This document shows, one piece after another, positions 36,758 to 48,507 of a stretch of 64,000 nt of DNA. Source of the DNA: Octopus sinensis. Taxonomy: Eukaryota. Made by a program: the position numbers and the translations under genes. Numbering within the stretch: the stretch's first letter is position 1; each line of letters opens with the position of its first letter. Below the pieces are notes generated by a model. It saw nothing but the letters and a program-made list of their open reading frames with translations. It ran no database searches and was not told where the DNA came from. The stretch spans positions 72,106,001 to 72,170,000 of the forward strand of contig NC_043001.1 in NCBI RefSeq assembly GCF_006345805.1, given 5' to 3'.

Positions 36758-38038
36758 GCAGATGACTTTAACCACATCAATGTCGCCGAATTAGATGCGG
36801 TGCTGAAAGGGGTGAACTTGGCCCTGAAATGGGGGCTGCCCTCAATCGAAATCCAGACGGATTCAGCCACTGTGCTTGGCTGGGTAGGATCAGTGATCAC
36901 TGGTGAGAGGAGAGTTTGGATGAAAGGTGCCGCAGAGATGTTGGTTAAGCACCATCTAGGAGTTCTAGGAGAATTGATTGCTGAGTTCAGACTGAAGCTG
37001 AACATGTTTTTTGTGCCTTCGGAGAGAAACAAGGCAGACGCACTGACCAGGGTGAAAAAGGCGTGGTTGGAGGAACCGGAGGAGGCACAGAAAGGGATAG
37101 CTGTGGCATGTCAGTTGGATGACTCTGAACTGAAGAGACTGCATGCTATGCATCACCTGGGTGTGGACAAGACCCTGTATCTGGCGAAGAAAATTGATGC
37201 TGACGTTAATAGGAGAAGCAACCGGAAAGTGGTCAGGAGCTGTGACAGGTGTCAGTCCATTGACCCTGCTCCATGTGGGCATGAGCAAGGAAACCTTTCA
37301 GTGGAGCACAACTGGAAAAAGCTAGCTGTAGATGTGATGCACTACCATCAGGGAATGTATCTCTCCATGGTTGACTGCAGGTTGGGCCAGCTGGCCATTT
37401 GGAGGGGGTGGAGAACGGGCACTGCTGACGAGATTGCGCAGATTTTGAACGGGATATATTTAGAGAGGGGTCCCGTGGAAGAACTGCTAATGGACAATAG
37501 GGCGGTGTTTTGTTCAGAAGCACTGAGGGATATGCTCGACCAGTGGAAAGTGCATCGCTTGTTCAGAGTAGCATATAGGCCGAGTGGTAACAGAATTGTA
37601 GAGAGGCACCATCGGACAGTCAAGTCCATAGCGGAAAGAGGGTACATTTCGCCACTAGAAGTAGTTTTTTGGTACAACATGTCTCCCCAATCTGGACAAG
37701 CCGAAGAATCTGTGCCATACAGAGCTGTATTTAAATATGAATGGAGGCACCCGAGTAAAGCGCCAGAGGGCCACGAGGAAGAGAAGGGACCCACTTGCGT
37801 GAAAACAGGGGAGGAAGTCTGGGTTAAGCCACCGAAGGCGCACTGTACGACTCAGTGGAGCAGAAGAACGGTGATGGCGGTCAATTCCAGAAACAACGTC
37901 TCTATGGATGGAATGCCGCGACATGTCTTGGACCTTTGCAGGATTGTCGCTTCGTTGGATGACAATTGTGAAGAGAAGGAGAACAAGGCACCCTCCCAGT
38001 TGGATGGTGGATTTCAGTGTGGAGTAGAGAGAATGTGA
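36758..38038 (+). CDS. pol: Gypsy pol remnant, RNase H + integrase, open frame
   Basis: HINVAELDAV..QTDSATV..NKADALTR (RNase H); HAMHH..CDRC (HHCC); AVDVM..MDNR..VERHHRTVK (DDE core). Confidence 0.85.
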   Translation, partial: ADDFNHINVAELDAVLKGVNLALKWGLPSIEIQTDSATVLGWVGSVITGERRVWMKGAAEMLVKHHLGVLGELIAEFRLKLNMFFVPSERNKADALTRVKKAWLEEPEEAQKGIAVACQLDDSELKRLHAMHHLGVDKTLYLAKKIDADVNRRSNRKVVRSCDRCQSIDPAPCGHEQGNLSVEHNWKKLAVDVMHYHQGMYLSMVDCRLGQLAIWRGWRTGTADEIAQILNGIYLERGPVEELLMDNRAVFCSEALRDMLDQWKVHRLFRVAYRPSGNRIVERHHRTVKSIAERGYISPLEVVFWYNMSPQSGQAEESVPYRAVFKYEWRHPSKAPEGHEEEKGPTCVKTGEEVWVKPPKAHCTTQWSRRTVMAVNSRNNVSMDGMPRHVLDLCRIVASLDDNCEEKENKAPSQLDGGFQCGVERM

Positions 38039-38519
38039 TCTTTAAGATCAGGGTGGCGTGTGGGATGACATCAACAGCTGGGGAGCTGACCGGAAGAGGA
38101 AGGGGCAGCAGTGACGCGCATGCAGGCAGGAGAGGATTGGGCCTTTTCGATCGGGGTAGCCGAGAGAGTTGGATGTGTGAGCGCTTTGTCAAGGTAGGGG
38201 AAAAGCACCTGCTATTTATAGCATTCGGGTCAGGCCACGTGGAAGGGTGCATTACCACTGGAGAGGTCTCCATCAACGAAGAGAAGGTAGGTGTCCTTAT
38301 TTCAAATCTCCCACATACACCACACTTTATTCTTTAATAATTTCTCCATTTCTTTGAGACAGGCTTTATCATCTGTTAGGACTGATACTTCAGTATTCCT
38401 TGGTGATATTTGACAACAATATCTGGTCAGTTAATGTTGATCACACTGTCTGTATGTATTTGTATGTCCCAAAGAATTGTCACTTTGTTATTCTCAGAGA
38501 CCTTTCCAGGTGCATTCTT

Positions 38520-39730
38520 ATCACCTTGATCACATTGACCAACCGGACTGTCCATGCCTCTCTGGATCCTCAGCACACCATGTCATCAGTGAAATAGAGG
38601 TGGGTCAATGACTTGCTGTTAATGTTCACACTACCTCACCAGTCGATGTCTGTGATGATCTGATTGAGACACAAGGTGAAGAGTTTCAGAGATGGTGTCT
38701 CCTTGTTTGATACCCTTCTCCACCAGTACTCTTATGAGTGACAACAGCAGAGATTTGTTAGTGGTACACCCTGAATTCACCTCTTGGTGTTGATCTTGAC
38801 ATTTTCAAAGGCCTTCCCATAAACCACAAACATGACACATGAAGGCAGTCTGTATTCTTTTGCTCACTCCAGCAATTGGGTCAGAGTGAATATATGATCT
38901 CTTGTGCTGTAATTCTTCTGAAAACCTGCTTGTTCCTATGGTTGTTGTTCATCTAGATGTGATAATTGGTTTAGGATTATCTTCATGAACAACTTGTATA
39001 CTTGGGACAAGAAGCATATGGGATGATAATTCTTCAGATCTTCATTATCTCCATTCTTATTTTGGTGTCAAATTGATGAAGATTATGTATCACTGATCAA
39101 AAAACTGAAAGAGTGCTTGAGGAATGTGAAAGAGGCAAGTCCAAATGAGCAGAAGGGAAGAACCTTGGAGGAGATAAAGAAACTGCTTGAGAAGAGGAAG
39201 AACATGAAGAGAACTGTAGAAGACCACCTTGAATATTCCATTCTCTGCAGGATGATACGTCAACAGCTGATGAAAGACTTCAAGAAATATCATACAGAAA
39301 AGCTCTGAAAGGCTGCCAAAGAAAGAAAGAGCCCTAAGAAGTGTGAGAGGGAGATGGTATTGTACAGATTGAAGGTGACGTCATTCAAGAACTCAAATGG
39401 TGGTCCAGTCAATAAAAAAAGTGAGGTTCAAAAGATCTGTGAAGATTTTTATCTTAAACTTTTCAAGTTGGCTGTGGGGACTGAACCATTATCGTCACTC
39501 CAAAGAAAGGAAAGTGTGCCACCCATTCACATTAGTGAGGTTGAAATGGCTGTCAATTTAATTTGATAGAAAATGGAAAAGCATCAGGGAAAGATGGCAT
39601 AACATCTGAAATGTTGAAGTCAGGTGGAGATCAGTTTTGGAAAATCTTTGCCAAACAATTTAGTCACCATCTGGACAAAGGTAAAATACTATCACAATGG
39701 AAAGAGTCAAAAACCATCCTGCTGCTTAAG
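38520..39730 (-). mobile_element. RTE-1-like LINE with inverted 5' segment
   Basis: 39064-39730 reads (+) IDEDY...WKESKTILLLK; 38520-39060 reads (-) KNGDNEDLKNYHPIC..QAGF..KQGD..YFTDD..REAW. Confidence 0.78.
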
Positions 39731-41547
39731 CCACATATTTTATGTTGGTACTTCATAATGCTTGTGAAATTTCCAATATATATAAGCTACACTTTTATCA
39801 TGTCTTCTTGGCAAAGATTAGGCAGCCAGAGACAATGTGATAAATTGTTTTTTCTATCTCCACATCTTCTGTAGTTACTGTATTCTACTTCATTACATGC
39901 TTTGTGGGGTGGGTCTCTGATGAGAGGAGGCTTTGATCTTATGCCACATCAAGAATCCTTCTGTTTCAGCTTTGTTTTGTGCCTCTTATTGTTGCAAATT
40001 TTTCTTCACTACTTCTATGCTGTTCAAATTTTTTAGGTATTGGCCATGGAACAGATATTTTTCTCTTGCTGTTGCTTTATCATGGTATCCTGTATTCCTA
40101 ATTTTTGCTAAAATTTTGATCTTTTCACAATTTTTGTTGCTACTGCTTTTTCTTCGTACCATATATGTTATTGCAATCTGTTTTATATTTGTTGGTTTTC
40201 TTGTTCATGCTTTTTATGTCTATTAGTTTTCCATTATTCTTTATATGATAATTTTGTAGTTCTTCTGTAAATATTTGTAATATTTTTCTAGTTGCTTAAA
40301 GCCCCTATCTCCCATGTATTTATGGTAAAAATAATCTTTCAACATCAGGTTTTAGATTATGTATTCTAAATGCAGTTATTATTTTTTTTGTTTTCCTGTT
40401 TATTGTTGCTTATTCATTTACCATCCAAATGAGAAAGTGATAGTATAATTTATTACTGGGGCTGTGAGTAAATTATTACCCATTATCTTATTCTATGCAT
40501 TTAGTTCTATTTTAAGTATTTATCTCCTGCATTTATAATGTTCCTTCATAATCTTTTCTTTCATTTGTGTGTGTGTTGTACATTGTCTAGTTCTTTGATT
40601 CCTAAGTATTTGTGTGTGTGTGTTTGGTCTAATTCTTTTGTCTTAGTTTCTTTAGCATGGATGTTCATAATTAATTTTCACCTTTTGGTGCATATTCTAA
40701 TTTGAATCTTATTTCAATTTATTTGGTAAATCCATGTACTATCTGGAGTAGTGTTTCTAGTTGTTTATCATCTGCAGCATATCAGTGAGGTCATCAATAA
40801 ACAAAAGCTGGTTGATTCTTTTACCTTAGCATTTGTATCCAAATCCTCTCCTGATTCATATTTAGTTTAAAGATATCAATAGCAAATAGAAAGGAAGTGA
40901 AGAGAAGAAGTCTTCCTTGAAGTATGTATGTGTGGAGAGAGGAAGTCTTCTTTGAAGAATTGTAAAAACTAAACCCAACTCTCTGAAAAGTGAGTTGGGT
41001 TTAGGTTTTCAATTTTCTCTTTTGTCTGTATTTGTAAAATTGTTTGCCATTTGCTCATGATAGGTTTCACATGTTTTCTTATTATTGGCTCTAAGATCCA
41101 TGTGGAGAAAAGTCTATCAAAATTCATCTACTAGTCAATCCATGTCATGCTCAGATCATTTCTTTTTGCTCTGTAGCCTTCACTTATAGCTTCAGTAATC
41201 AGTAATTGATCTGTACATCCATTTGAGCCATTACAGCATCCATTCTGTTTTTGAGGAAACGGGTTGTTTTTCCAGATGTTAATATATTTTCTGCAATATT
41301 ATTGCAGTTAAGGCTTTGAAGGTTCTAGAAAGGTAAGCAGCATTTTGTCTGTCTATACATTCTGCGTTCAAATATCATCAAGATCAACTTTGCCTTTCAT
41401 CCATCAGGTCAATAAAATAAGTACCACATCCACCAAAATTTCAGACATTGTCCCTGTAGCAGAAAGAATTGTTGTTATTGTAAATGGCTGTGTGACAGAA
41501 ACACTTGAAAGTTGATTAACTTTCTGTCAATATTTTTGCCCTGTTAA

Positions 41548-41762
41548 GGCAGTGAGGTGGCAGAATTGTTAGCATGCCAGGCAAAATGCTTAGCAGCATT
41601 TCATTTATCTTTACATTCTGAGTTCAAATTCCACTGAAGTCAACTTTGCCTTTCATCCATTCTAGGTCAATAAAATAAGTACCAGTTGGACACTGAGGTC
41701 AATGTAACTGACTTAGCCCCTTCCTCAAAACTGCTAGCTTTGTGCCAAAATTTGAAACCAAT
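41548..41762 (+). mobile_element. SINE family C; partial copies at about 41330(+), 16000(-), 48680(-)
   Basis: GGCAGAATTGTTAGC head, GAGTTCAAATTCC B-box-like motif, AACTTTGCCTTTCATCC..GTCAATAAAATAAGTACCAG central block. Confidence 0.7.
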
Positions 41763-42831
41763 ATTTTGTCCTGTCCTTCAATGGGGTCCCAGCACCACTA
41801 GGTTTGACTTTGCCTTTCATCTTTTAGGTGCTAATTTTAACCTGCTACCTTATTTAATACCACCACTTCTTTGGTACCTTTTAGCAGCTCATTGTGTTTC
41901 TGGCATTATAAACTAGACCTCCACTCATGCTAATTTTTTAAATATGTGGACTAGCCATTAGCTGTATCAATCTCACCAATCCAGGAGAGGTGGTAGAAGT
42001 AAAGGGCATTGTTCCTCCTGCTCTTCTCCAGAATATATAGGAGAAAAATACTCTGACACAAAACTTGCAGTCAAAATAGTACCAGTCATCTTGCAGTGCT
42101 TGTCACTGGAAACTTCTATGGTGACAGAGAGTGCCAAAAGTGTTGTACAAGCTTTTGTTACTTAAATTCAGTGACATGCAGATGTCTCGCTGTCATTTCA
42201 TTTCTTGGTCCATTTTTGCATTTTATTAAGTCAGTTCTATGGCAATGGATGCATGGCGACATGTAAAGTCATATTTGCACACATGCAAGGATGAAAGTAA
42301 ACCAGACAGCCATCATCTGACAAGATGTTTTATCACCCACTTGCATGAGTCAGACAGAATTCTTTGAGGAAGATTTTCTACAGCTGGAAACCCTTCCTGC
42401 CACCAACCCCCACCTGTTTCCAAGCAAGGTAATATTTCCACCTGGACACTTGCATTTTCATGGAAGATTGGAAAAAAAGGTCACTGCTTATATGCTAGTA
42501 TGATCACAATGCTTATCTAGAACTATCACATGATGAGATAATGAGGAGACACAAACACACACTCATATATATATGTGTGTGTTTGTGAGAGAGACATAAG
42601 CACTCAACTCTGAGTATGCTATGTCTTATAGCAAAAACAACTGTGAACTAATGAAATTCCTGTTCTTTTGTCATTTATTAATTGATGTTACACTCTATAT
42701 TCACCTGATGCTTTACTCCAAAGCATATATGTATCCTGAGTTCTAACAACTGGTTATTAGTATTGCTGTGCCTAAGTGAAATTATAATATATATATATGA
42801 ATATGTGTGTGTATGTGTATGTGTACAAATA

Positions 42832-43170
42832 TTAGGTCATCTCATAAATAATGTGTTTTTTTTTTAATATTTCTTTATTTTTTCAAATTAAGATAAAGTT
42901 CTTTTTTAGTCTAAAATATACTCTCCTTCATTTTCTACAATGCTCTTCCATCTATCTGGTAGACTTGCAAGGTCTCTCTTCCAAAATTCCCTTGTCTATG
43001 ATGAAAAATACTCCTTCAATACTGTTCTGACCTTGTCTACAGAATTCATATTTTTTCCGTCCAAATGATTTTGCAAACTGCAGAATAAAGGATAATCAGA
43101 TAGGGCAATATCCAGTGAATATGGCAGGTGGAGCATCGTTTCCCATTCAAACTGCTCTAGCCTTTGGAAT
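42832..43170 (-). mobile_element. Mariner 3' fragment
   Basis: ORF 42996(-) reads HLPYSLDIALSDYPLF (HPPYSPDLAPSDY-like); TA+TTAGGTCATC terminus. Confidence 0.8.
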
Positions 43171-43352
43171 ATCATCTTTGCTTTATATATACGATGGGCT
43201 TCTTTCAGTTTCTGTCTACCAAATCCACTCACAAGGCTTTGGTTGGTCCGAGGCTATAGTAGAAGACTTGCCTAATGTGCCACACAGTGGGACTGAACCC
43301 AGAACCATGTGGTTGGTAAGCAAGCTTCTTAGCACACAGCCACTCTTGTGCC

Positions 43353-43396
<44 letters not shown>

Positions 43397-43509
43397 TACA
43401 CTAACACACATATACATATATCATCCAGCTCATTCCAGCATGGAAAATGGGCATTAATTGATGATGATGGTGATATATCATGGTATTGTCGATAGAAAGG
43501 ATTAGGCCC

Positions 43510-44270
43510 CTGATATGTCCTGCATTATGACAACGTTACTTCATCGTCTGCATGACTGGCTCATACAGTGTACCTCATCAACTGACACTTCTAACTGTGT
43601 CTGTCCACTATTTATTAGTAGTGGACCTGCCCACTTCTAACTTGGGGGTGTCCACCACAACACCTTCCCCCTTTGAGATTTTTTTTCTTTCACTACAGAA
43701 TTATTTTTCTCTTCAGAATGCTTCAGGTAGTACTAGTCTACATTGTTTACTGGTAGCTCTACCAACACTTAGCAACCTGACATAAATCCTTCGCATGGAC
43801 TTATTATTTTTTTTTCCACACAGAATTATTTTCTCTTCAGAATGCCACAGATAGTTCCAGTCTACATTGTTTACTGGTAGCACTACTAACATATAGTAAC
43901 CTGACAGAAATCCTACAAACAGACTTATATTATTTTTCACTGTGTGTAGTTCAGAATTGTGTTTGAGTTCCACTTTTATCAGACATTTTCTTCTTCAGAA
44001 TCTTTTTTCAATAGAATTTATATATTTTTCATTGTATATATTATTTTTTCACTGTGTATAGTTCAGTTTTGTGTTAGTCTTATCTGCCACTGCATGTAGT
44101 TCGACCCCTCATCGCAACTGATGCGTCCCATATAATGACAACATAACTTATCATCTGCGTGACTGCCATATGGCATACCTCACTGACTGACACTACTTGC
44201 TGTGTCTGTCTACTATTTATTAGTAGTGGACCAGCCCATTTTTCACTTGGGTGTGTCCATCACAACAACC
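43510..44270 (+). repeat. About 155-bp direct repeats (43510-43664, 44118-44270) enclosing a tandem array of about 125-bp units
   Basis: ACTATTTATTAGTAGTGGACC occurs in both flanks; CAGAATTATTTT(T)CTCTTCAGAATG..TCTACATTGTTTACTGGTAGC repeats internally. Confidence 0.75.
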
Positions 44271-44451
44271 CATAAAATCACAATTTCCAGCCTTGAAGTA
44301 AGCTTTATCACATATAAGACTGTAGAAATGACTATAAATCTAAAAGTAACCATGGTGATTGAAGTCAGTGTCTTTGACATTATCTTTCTTGTGAAGTCCT
44401 CCAAAAATTCTCTAAAAGAATTTTTTTTTCCTTTTTAAATACCATGAACAG

Positions 44452-44742
44452 GACAACTTCTCGACCCCTGTCAGCACCAAATAAGTTCCAGATGCACTCA
44501 ATAGAAAGGAAATTGGAATTCCAAAAGAATTTCATGAAAGAACAACAAAAGCAGTTAAAAGAACAGAAACGATTAATTGAAGAATTGCAAAGCAATCAAC
44601 GCTGTGAAAAGTTGAAGAATGAAATCTCAATGAAAACGAAGACTAATCAAGGAGTTAATATTAATCCATTGTCATCAATTAAATCTGGAGGTGTGAAACA
44701 GCAGATTCTGAACCAAACATCAAAACATTCTTCAGCAGAGAG
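44452..44742 (+). CDS. CCDC191: CCDC191 exon 11, TTSRPLS...LEFQKNFMKEQQKQLKEQKRLIEEL...
   Basis: Long T tract + AACAG acceptor, GTAAGG donor; phase 2 to 2; resembles human HVFQQQLIEKQKKKLQEQQKTILEL. Confidence 0.88.
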
Positions 44743-44829
44743 GTAAGGCAGTCTTCATTCCATTTTTAAAACAAAATTTTTCAGTTATACACAATCGCAC
44801 CAACTTTTTCAGTTACACAGCTAAATAGA

Positions 44830-45610
44830 ATGGACCAAGTGTTGTTGACATAATGAAGTATACCATTCCATTATACCTGCTTACTGCTATGTATAAGTGG
44901 GTTGTTGTCAGTTAAGTAACTTAGCTATAGACACAGTACAATGAATATACCACACTGTGGTACCTGCTTACAACTAGTTAGATTGAGCTGTTGAGTATTT
45001 CAGTTGTGAACACAGTATAGTGAACTAAATCATACTGTGGTACTTACTTAAAGACTCATAGACTGAGCTTTAACAGTTAAGTATCTTGGTCATGGAGATA
45101 GTACTTTAGTATCTTACAATAGTACCTACTTACAGCAAAGTAGACTGAGCAATTAAGTATCTCAGTTGTGAACACAGTACAGTGAATTACACCATATCGT
45201 GGTACCTATTTACAGTCACATAGACTGAACTGTTAACAGTTAAGTATCTTGGTCATGGGCATAGTACTGTAAGTACCATATGGTAGTGCTTACAGTGAGG
45301 TAGACTGAGCTGTTGACAGTTAAATACTTTGGTCACAGACACAGTACAGTGAAGTATACCACACTTTGGTACCTACTTATAGCTAGTTAGACTCACCTGT
45401 TAAAAGTATCTTGGCTGCAGACACAGAACAGTAAATATACCATACACTGGTACCCACCTACAAGCTAGGTGGACTGTGCTGTTGTTAGTCAAGTATCTTG
45501 GTCATGGACACTGTACAATGAAATATACCATAGTCTGGTACCAACTTATAGCTAACTGGACTGAGCTATTGAATACCTTGTCCCTGGACATAACAAACAA
45601 TACAGTGACA
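44830..45610 (+). repeat. Degenerate minisatellite, period about 80 bp, about 10 units
   Basis: Recurring ACACAGTACAGTGAA..GGTACCTACTTA..TAGACTGAGC..AAGTATCTTGGTCA. Confidence 0.8.
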
Positions 45611-46260
45611 AGGCACTGAGTCTTACTAACTTGGTCATCTGCTTCACTCATTGTACCTGGTACCACCACATGGCTACAAGTCAATCTTTGTATCATTTGA
45701 AATTATTACCTCTGTCTTGTGGATACAGTATTAGATGACCAGCTCAAATGTTTGTGTTTCAAATTCACTGCAGGTATTTTGTTGTATTTTGTTTGAATAA
45801 TATTTTCCTCACACACCAGTTCACTCAGGTGCTACATCATAGAACTAGAATTAAGCCCAAAGAGAGCTTTATAGTTAATCTACTTGAAAGTATTTCCCCT
45901 TTGGCATATCTGCTAGGCATGAGCCCTTAAAAATATCATCTAAACATCAGCCCTTACAAGCATGCTGTTGTTTAATTTCAGGTTAGTTTTAATTCAGCAG
46001 ACCTATAGTTAGCTCTCTTGTCTTTTAACCAGATATAGTGTACCTAGGACTACATTAGCCATTGTGTCCATTAATTTTTGAAGATGGTCCAAGGATAGAG
46101 CTCATTAGATAGTGTAGTCCTACAAACCCCTAAACATTCAGAATGATCATCACTGGAATACCTTATGTCATAGGTTAACCTGGAGCTGAACAACAACAAC
46201 TAGCAATAGCAATGTTTGTTATTTACTAAACTTAATGTTTTCTCTGAATCTCTCCAAAAG

Positions 46261-46583
46261 TTGCTCTCCAGAGTCTCAAGTAGAATCTCAAACAGATTCA
46301 CGGGCAGAATCTCGGACAGACTCATGGATTGAATCCCGAATGGAATTTTATGCAGAATCTCATATAGAGTCTAATACAGAAATTCAGACAGAATCTGAAA
46401 TAGACTCTCAAACAGACTCTCGAATAGGATCTCGAATCGGATCTCAGACAGAATCTCGAGCAGACTCTCGGACAGACGCTCGGACAGGCTCTCGCACTGA
46501 GTCATATGATGAGTCTTGTCCTTCATCTTCTACCAGAACTTCATCTCAAAATCGATCTCAAAGACACCAAACATTCGTGAGAA
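46261..46583 (+). CDS. CCDC191: CCDC191 exon 12, Ser/Glu/Arg tetrapeptide-repeat region
   Basis: CAAAAG acceptor, GTAAGC donor; phase 2 to 1 bridges exons 11 and 13; within ORF 46235..46672. Confidence 0.82.
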
Positions 46584-47339
46584 GTAAGCACCCTTCTATT
46601 TTACTTCAGTCATTTACTGTAATGCACTCTATGCCTTTACACCACTTCATAGTCATTCAATTGGTGACCTAGGTCTCTGAGTTATTTGAGCTCCACTGCA
46701 ATTAATTATGAAGTATACTTGTCTACCTCTTCAAATGTAACTAATACAAATCTGTACATCATTGTGTCACATCATCATCATGATCGTCTTCTATCTGTGT
46801 GTGTGTGCATGTTCCATACTAGCATGGGCTGGATGGTTTGACAGGATCTGACAGGTTCAAGGACCAAATCATGTTCCAATATCTGCTAAGGCTGGATGTC
46901 CTTCCTGATGCCATCCACCTTACAGAGTGTACAGGCTACTTTTTTTTGTTGCACCAGCACTAGTGAGGTCACTATGTAGTTCACAATACTAAGGACCCCT
47001 TTTATGAGAGAGAGTGAGAAAGAGGAGAGAGAGACAGACAGACAGAGACACAGACAGGTTAACGATACAAGATGAGAGTTTAAAGTATAACAGAATAGGT
47101 TCCTTGCTCTAGAGGAGCTACAATGCTACACACATTATAGAAAAGAGGGTAGGAATAACTAGGGCAGAGCTGGAAAGAGAGATAAAATAGTGGTTATGAG
47201 GTGCACTCATAACCACTATTTTAGTTTGCTGGTTGGTATCCCATCCTAACACCAACCACTTTAGAATGTACTAGATACTTTCTCATGGCACTGGCACATC
47301 AAGTAACTCACAAAACAAGACCTTTTGACTGAGTGGATC

Positions 47340-47520
47340 TGCAGTTATGAGGGAGTGGTTTTCTGCCTTTCCCTTGGATAACACTGGTGGCATGGAGAGG
47401 GGAGGCTGGTATGCATGGACGACTGCTGGTCTTCCATAAACAACCTTGCCGGGACTTGTGCCTGGGAGGGTAACTTTCTAGGTGCAATCCCACGGTCAGT
47501 CATGACCGAAGGGGGTCTCA
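47340..47520 (+). mobile_element. SINE 3' fragment shared with the family B copy at 56262
   Basis: CCTTTCCCTTGGA..GGGAGGCTGGTATGCATGG..CTGGTCTTCCATAA also occurs at about 56430-56500. Confidence 0.65.
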
Positions 47521-47660
47521 ATTATGGTGATTATTTGGCTACAAATCTTGATTCATCCTTCTCCTCTTCCTCATCATCATCATTTAACTTGGGTTGGGCA
47601 GTTTGACTGCCTCAAAGCTGCATTGAGTTCCAAATTAATTTGTCTTATTGAGAGGTGTTT

Positions 47661-48507
47661 CCATATATAGCAGCCAATGTGGATCTTTGTGTTTTTTGTC
47701 ACTGTCTGCAATTTTGTTCTAATTATTTTCAAATTTGGCATGTGGAAGATTTGTATACTAATTAGGAAAATGAAATTCATTTTTCCTATAAATCCATAAT
47801 TAAAAACTTATTGGACTTTAAAATTTGCAAAACTTGGGTATTTTAGCCAATCAGAAGTGAGTATTTTACATATCACCATGGTGAAGAATTCTGTTTTCAT
47901 AGTAACCAAAGCAAAGAAGCACCACGTTTTCCATAGCTGATTGCAAAGAACTCTGTTTCCATAATAACCAAAAATGCTGCACATGCACACAAGGAGTGTA
48001 ACCACCACATGTTCTATAATTGTTTACTTTCATAACAGAAGGAATTCAATTCTAGTACAATATAGAGATTTTAGAACAGCAATGTGATGGCCACAACTTT
48101 CATTCTTGTATTTTTTAAACTAATAAATGTCTGTTTTAAGCAATGTTTTGACTGTTATTTCTAGCAACTCCTGTTGGTATGTTTGTAGCTTTTATATATT
48201 TAATTTGCTCCCGAATGTTTAAATGTTTTTCACTGTTTACTGTAGCTAGTTTAATGTTTTGACATGCCGGTGGCCCCTACCTCCTCACTAATGATGGAAA
48301 AGGCAGCAAACACGCTTTTTTCTGATTGGCTGAAAATTCTGTAAACTTTGAACACCTGTAACATTTTCACAAAATTTTTCTGGAATAAATGAATAGCAAA
48401 TTCGGATTCAGCATCAAAAATTACATCTGTATGATACATTAGAAATTTTTTTTAAGATTTCGACATGCAGCGACAAAAACCACAAAGATCTGCCAATGTA
48501 TAAATGG
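47661..48507. mobile_element. Putative old non-autonomous DNA transposon
   Basis: Imperfect TIRs GATCTTTGTGTTTTTTGTCACTG vs CAGCGACAAAAACCACAAAGATC; no TSD resolved. Confidence 0.45.

Larger units (their letters stand above)
35632..38324 (+). mobile_element. Ty3/Gypsy LTR retrotransposon, internally deleted (gag + RNase H + integrase; no protease or RT)
   Basis: LTRs 35632-35914 and 38059-38324 (TG...CA); 5-bp TSD CTTTG/CTTTA; G-rich tract before the 3' LTR. Confidence 0.9.
35340..41320 (-). mobile_element. Old RLE-endonuclease non-LTR retrotransposon (R4/NeSL/Hero-like) split into 39731-41320, 38325-38520 and 35340-35631
   Basis: Minus-strand remnants in order: NGCTDQLLI..TWID, ILQG, LLFIDDL, ETEGFL, a C..CG..HIVSGC knuckle, ENNKVTILWD..PDIVV..EVSV..KEMEKLLKNKDLEIEI..IPIIIVG. 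Confidence 0.72.

Noticed and set aside
36758-38038. Domesticated integrase gene
   Set aside because: Still between LTRs with a TSD, no own start context, and substitutions next to catalytic motifs suggest neutral decay
44830-45610. CRISPR-like array
   Set aside because: Whole units are homologous with no unique spacers, and the context is a eukaryotic intron
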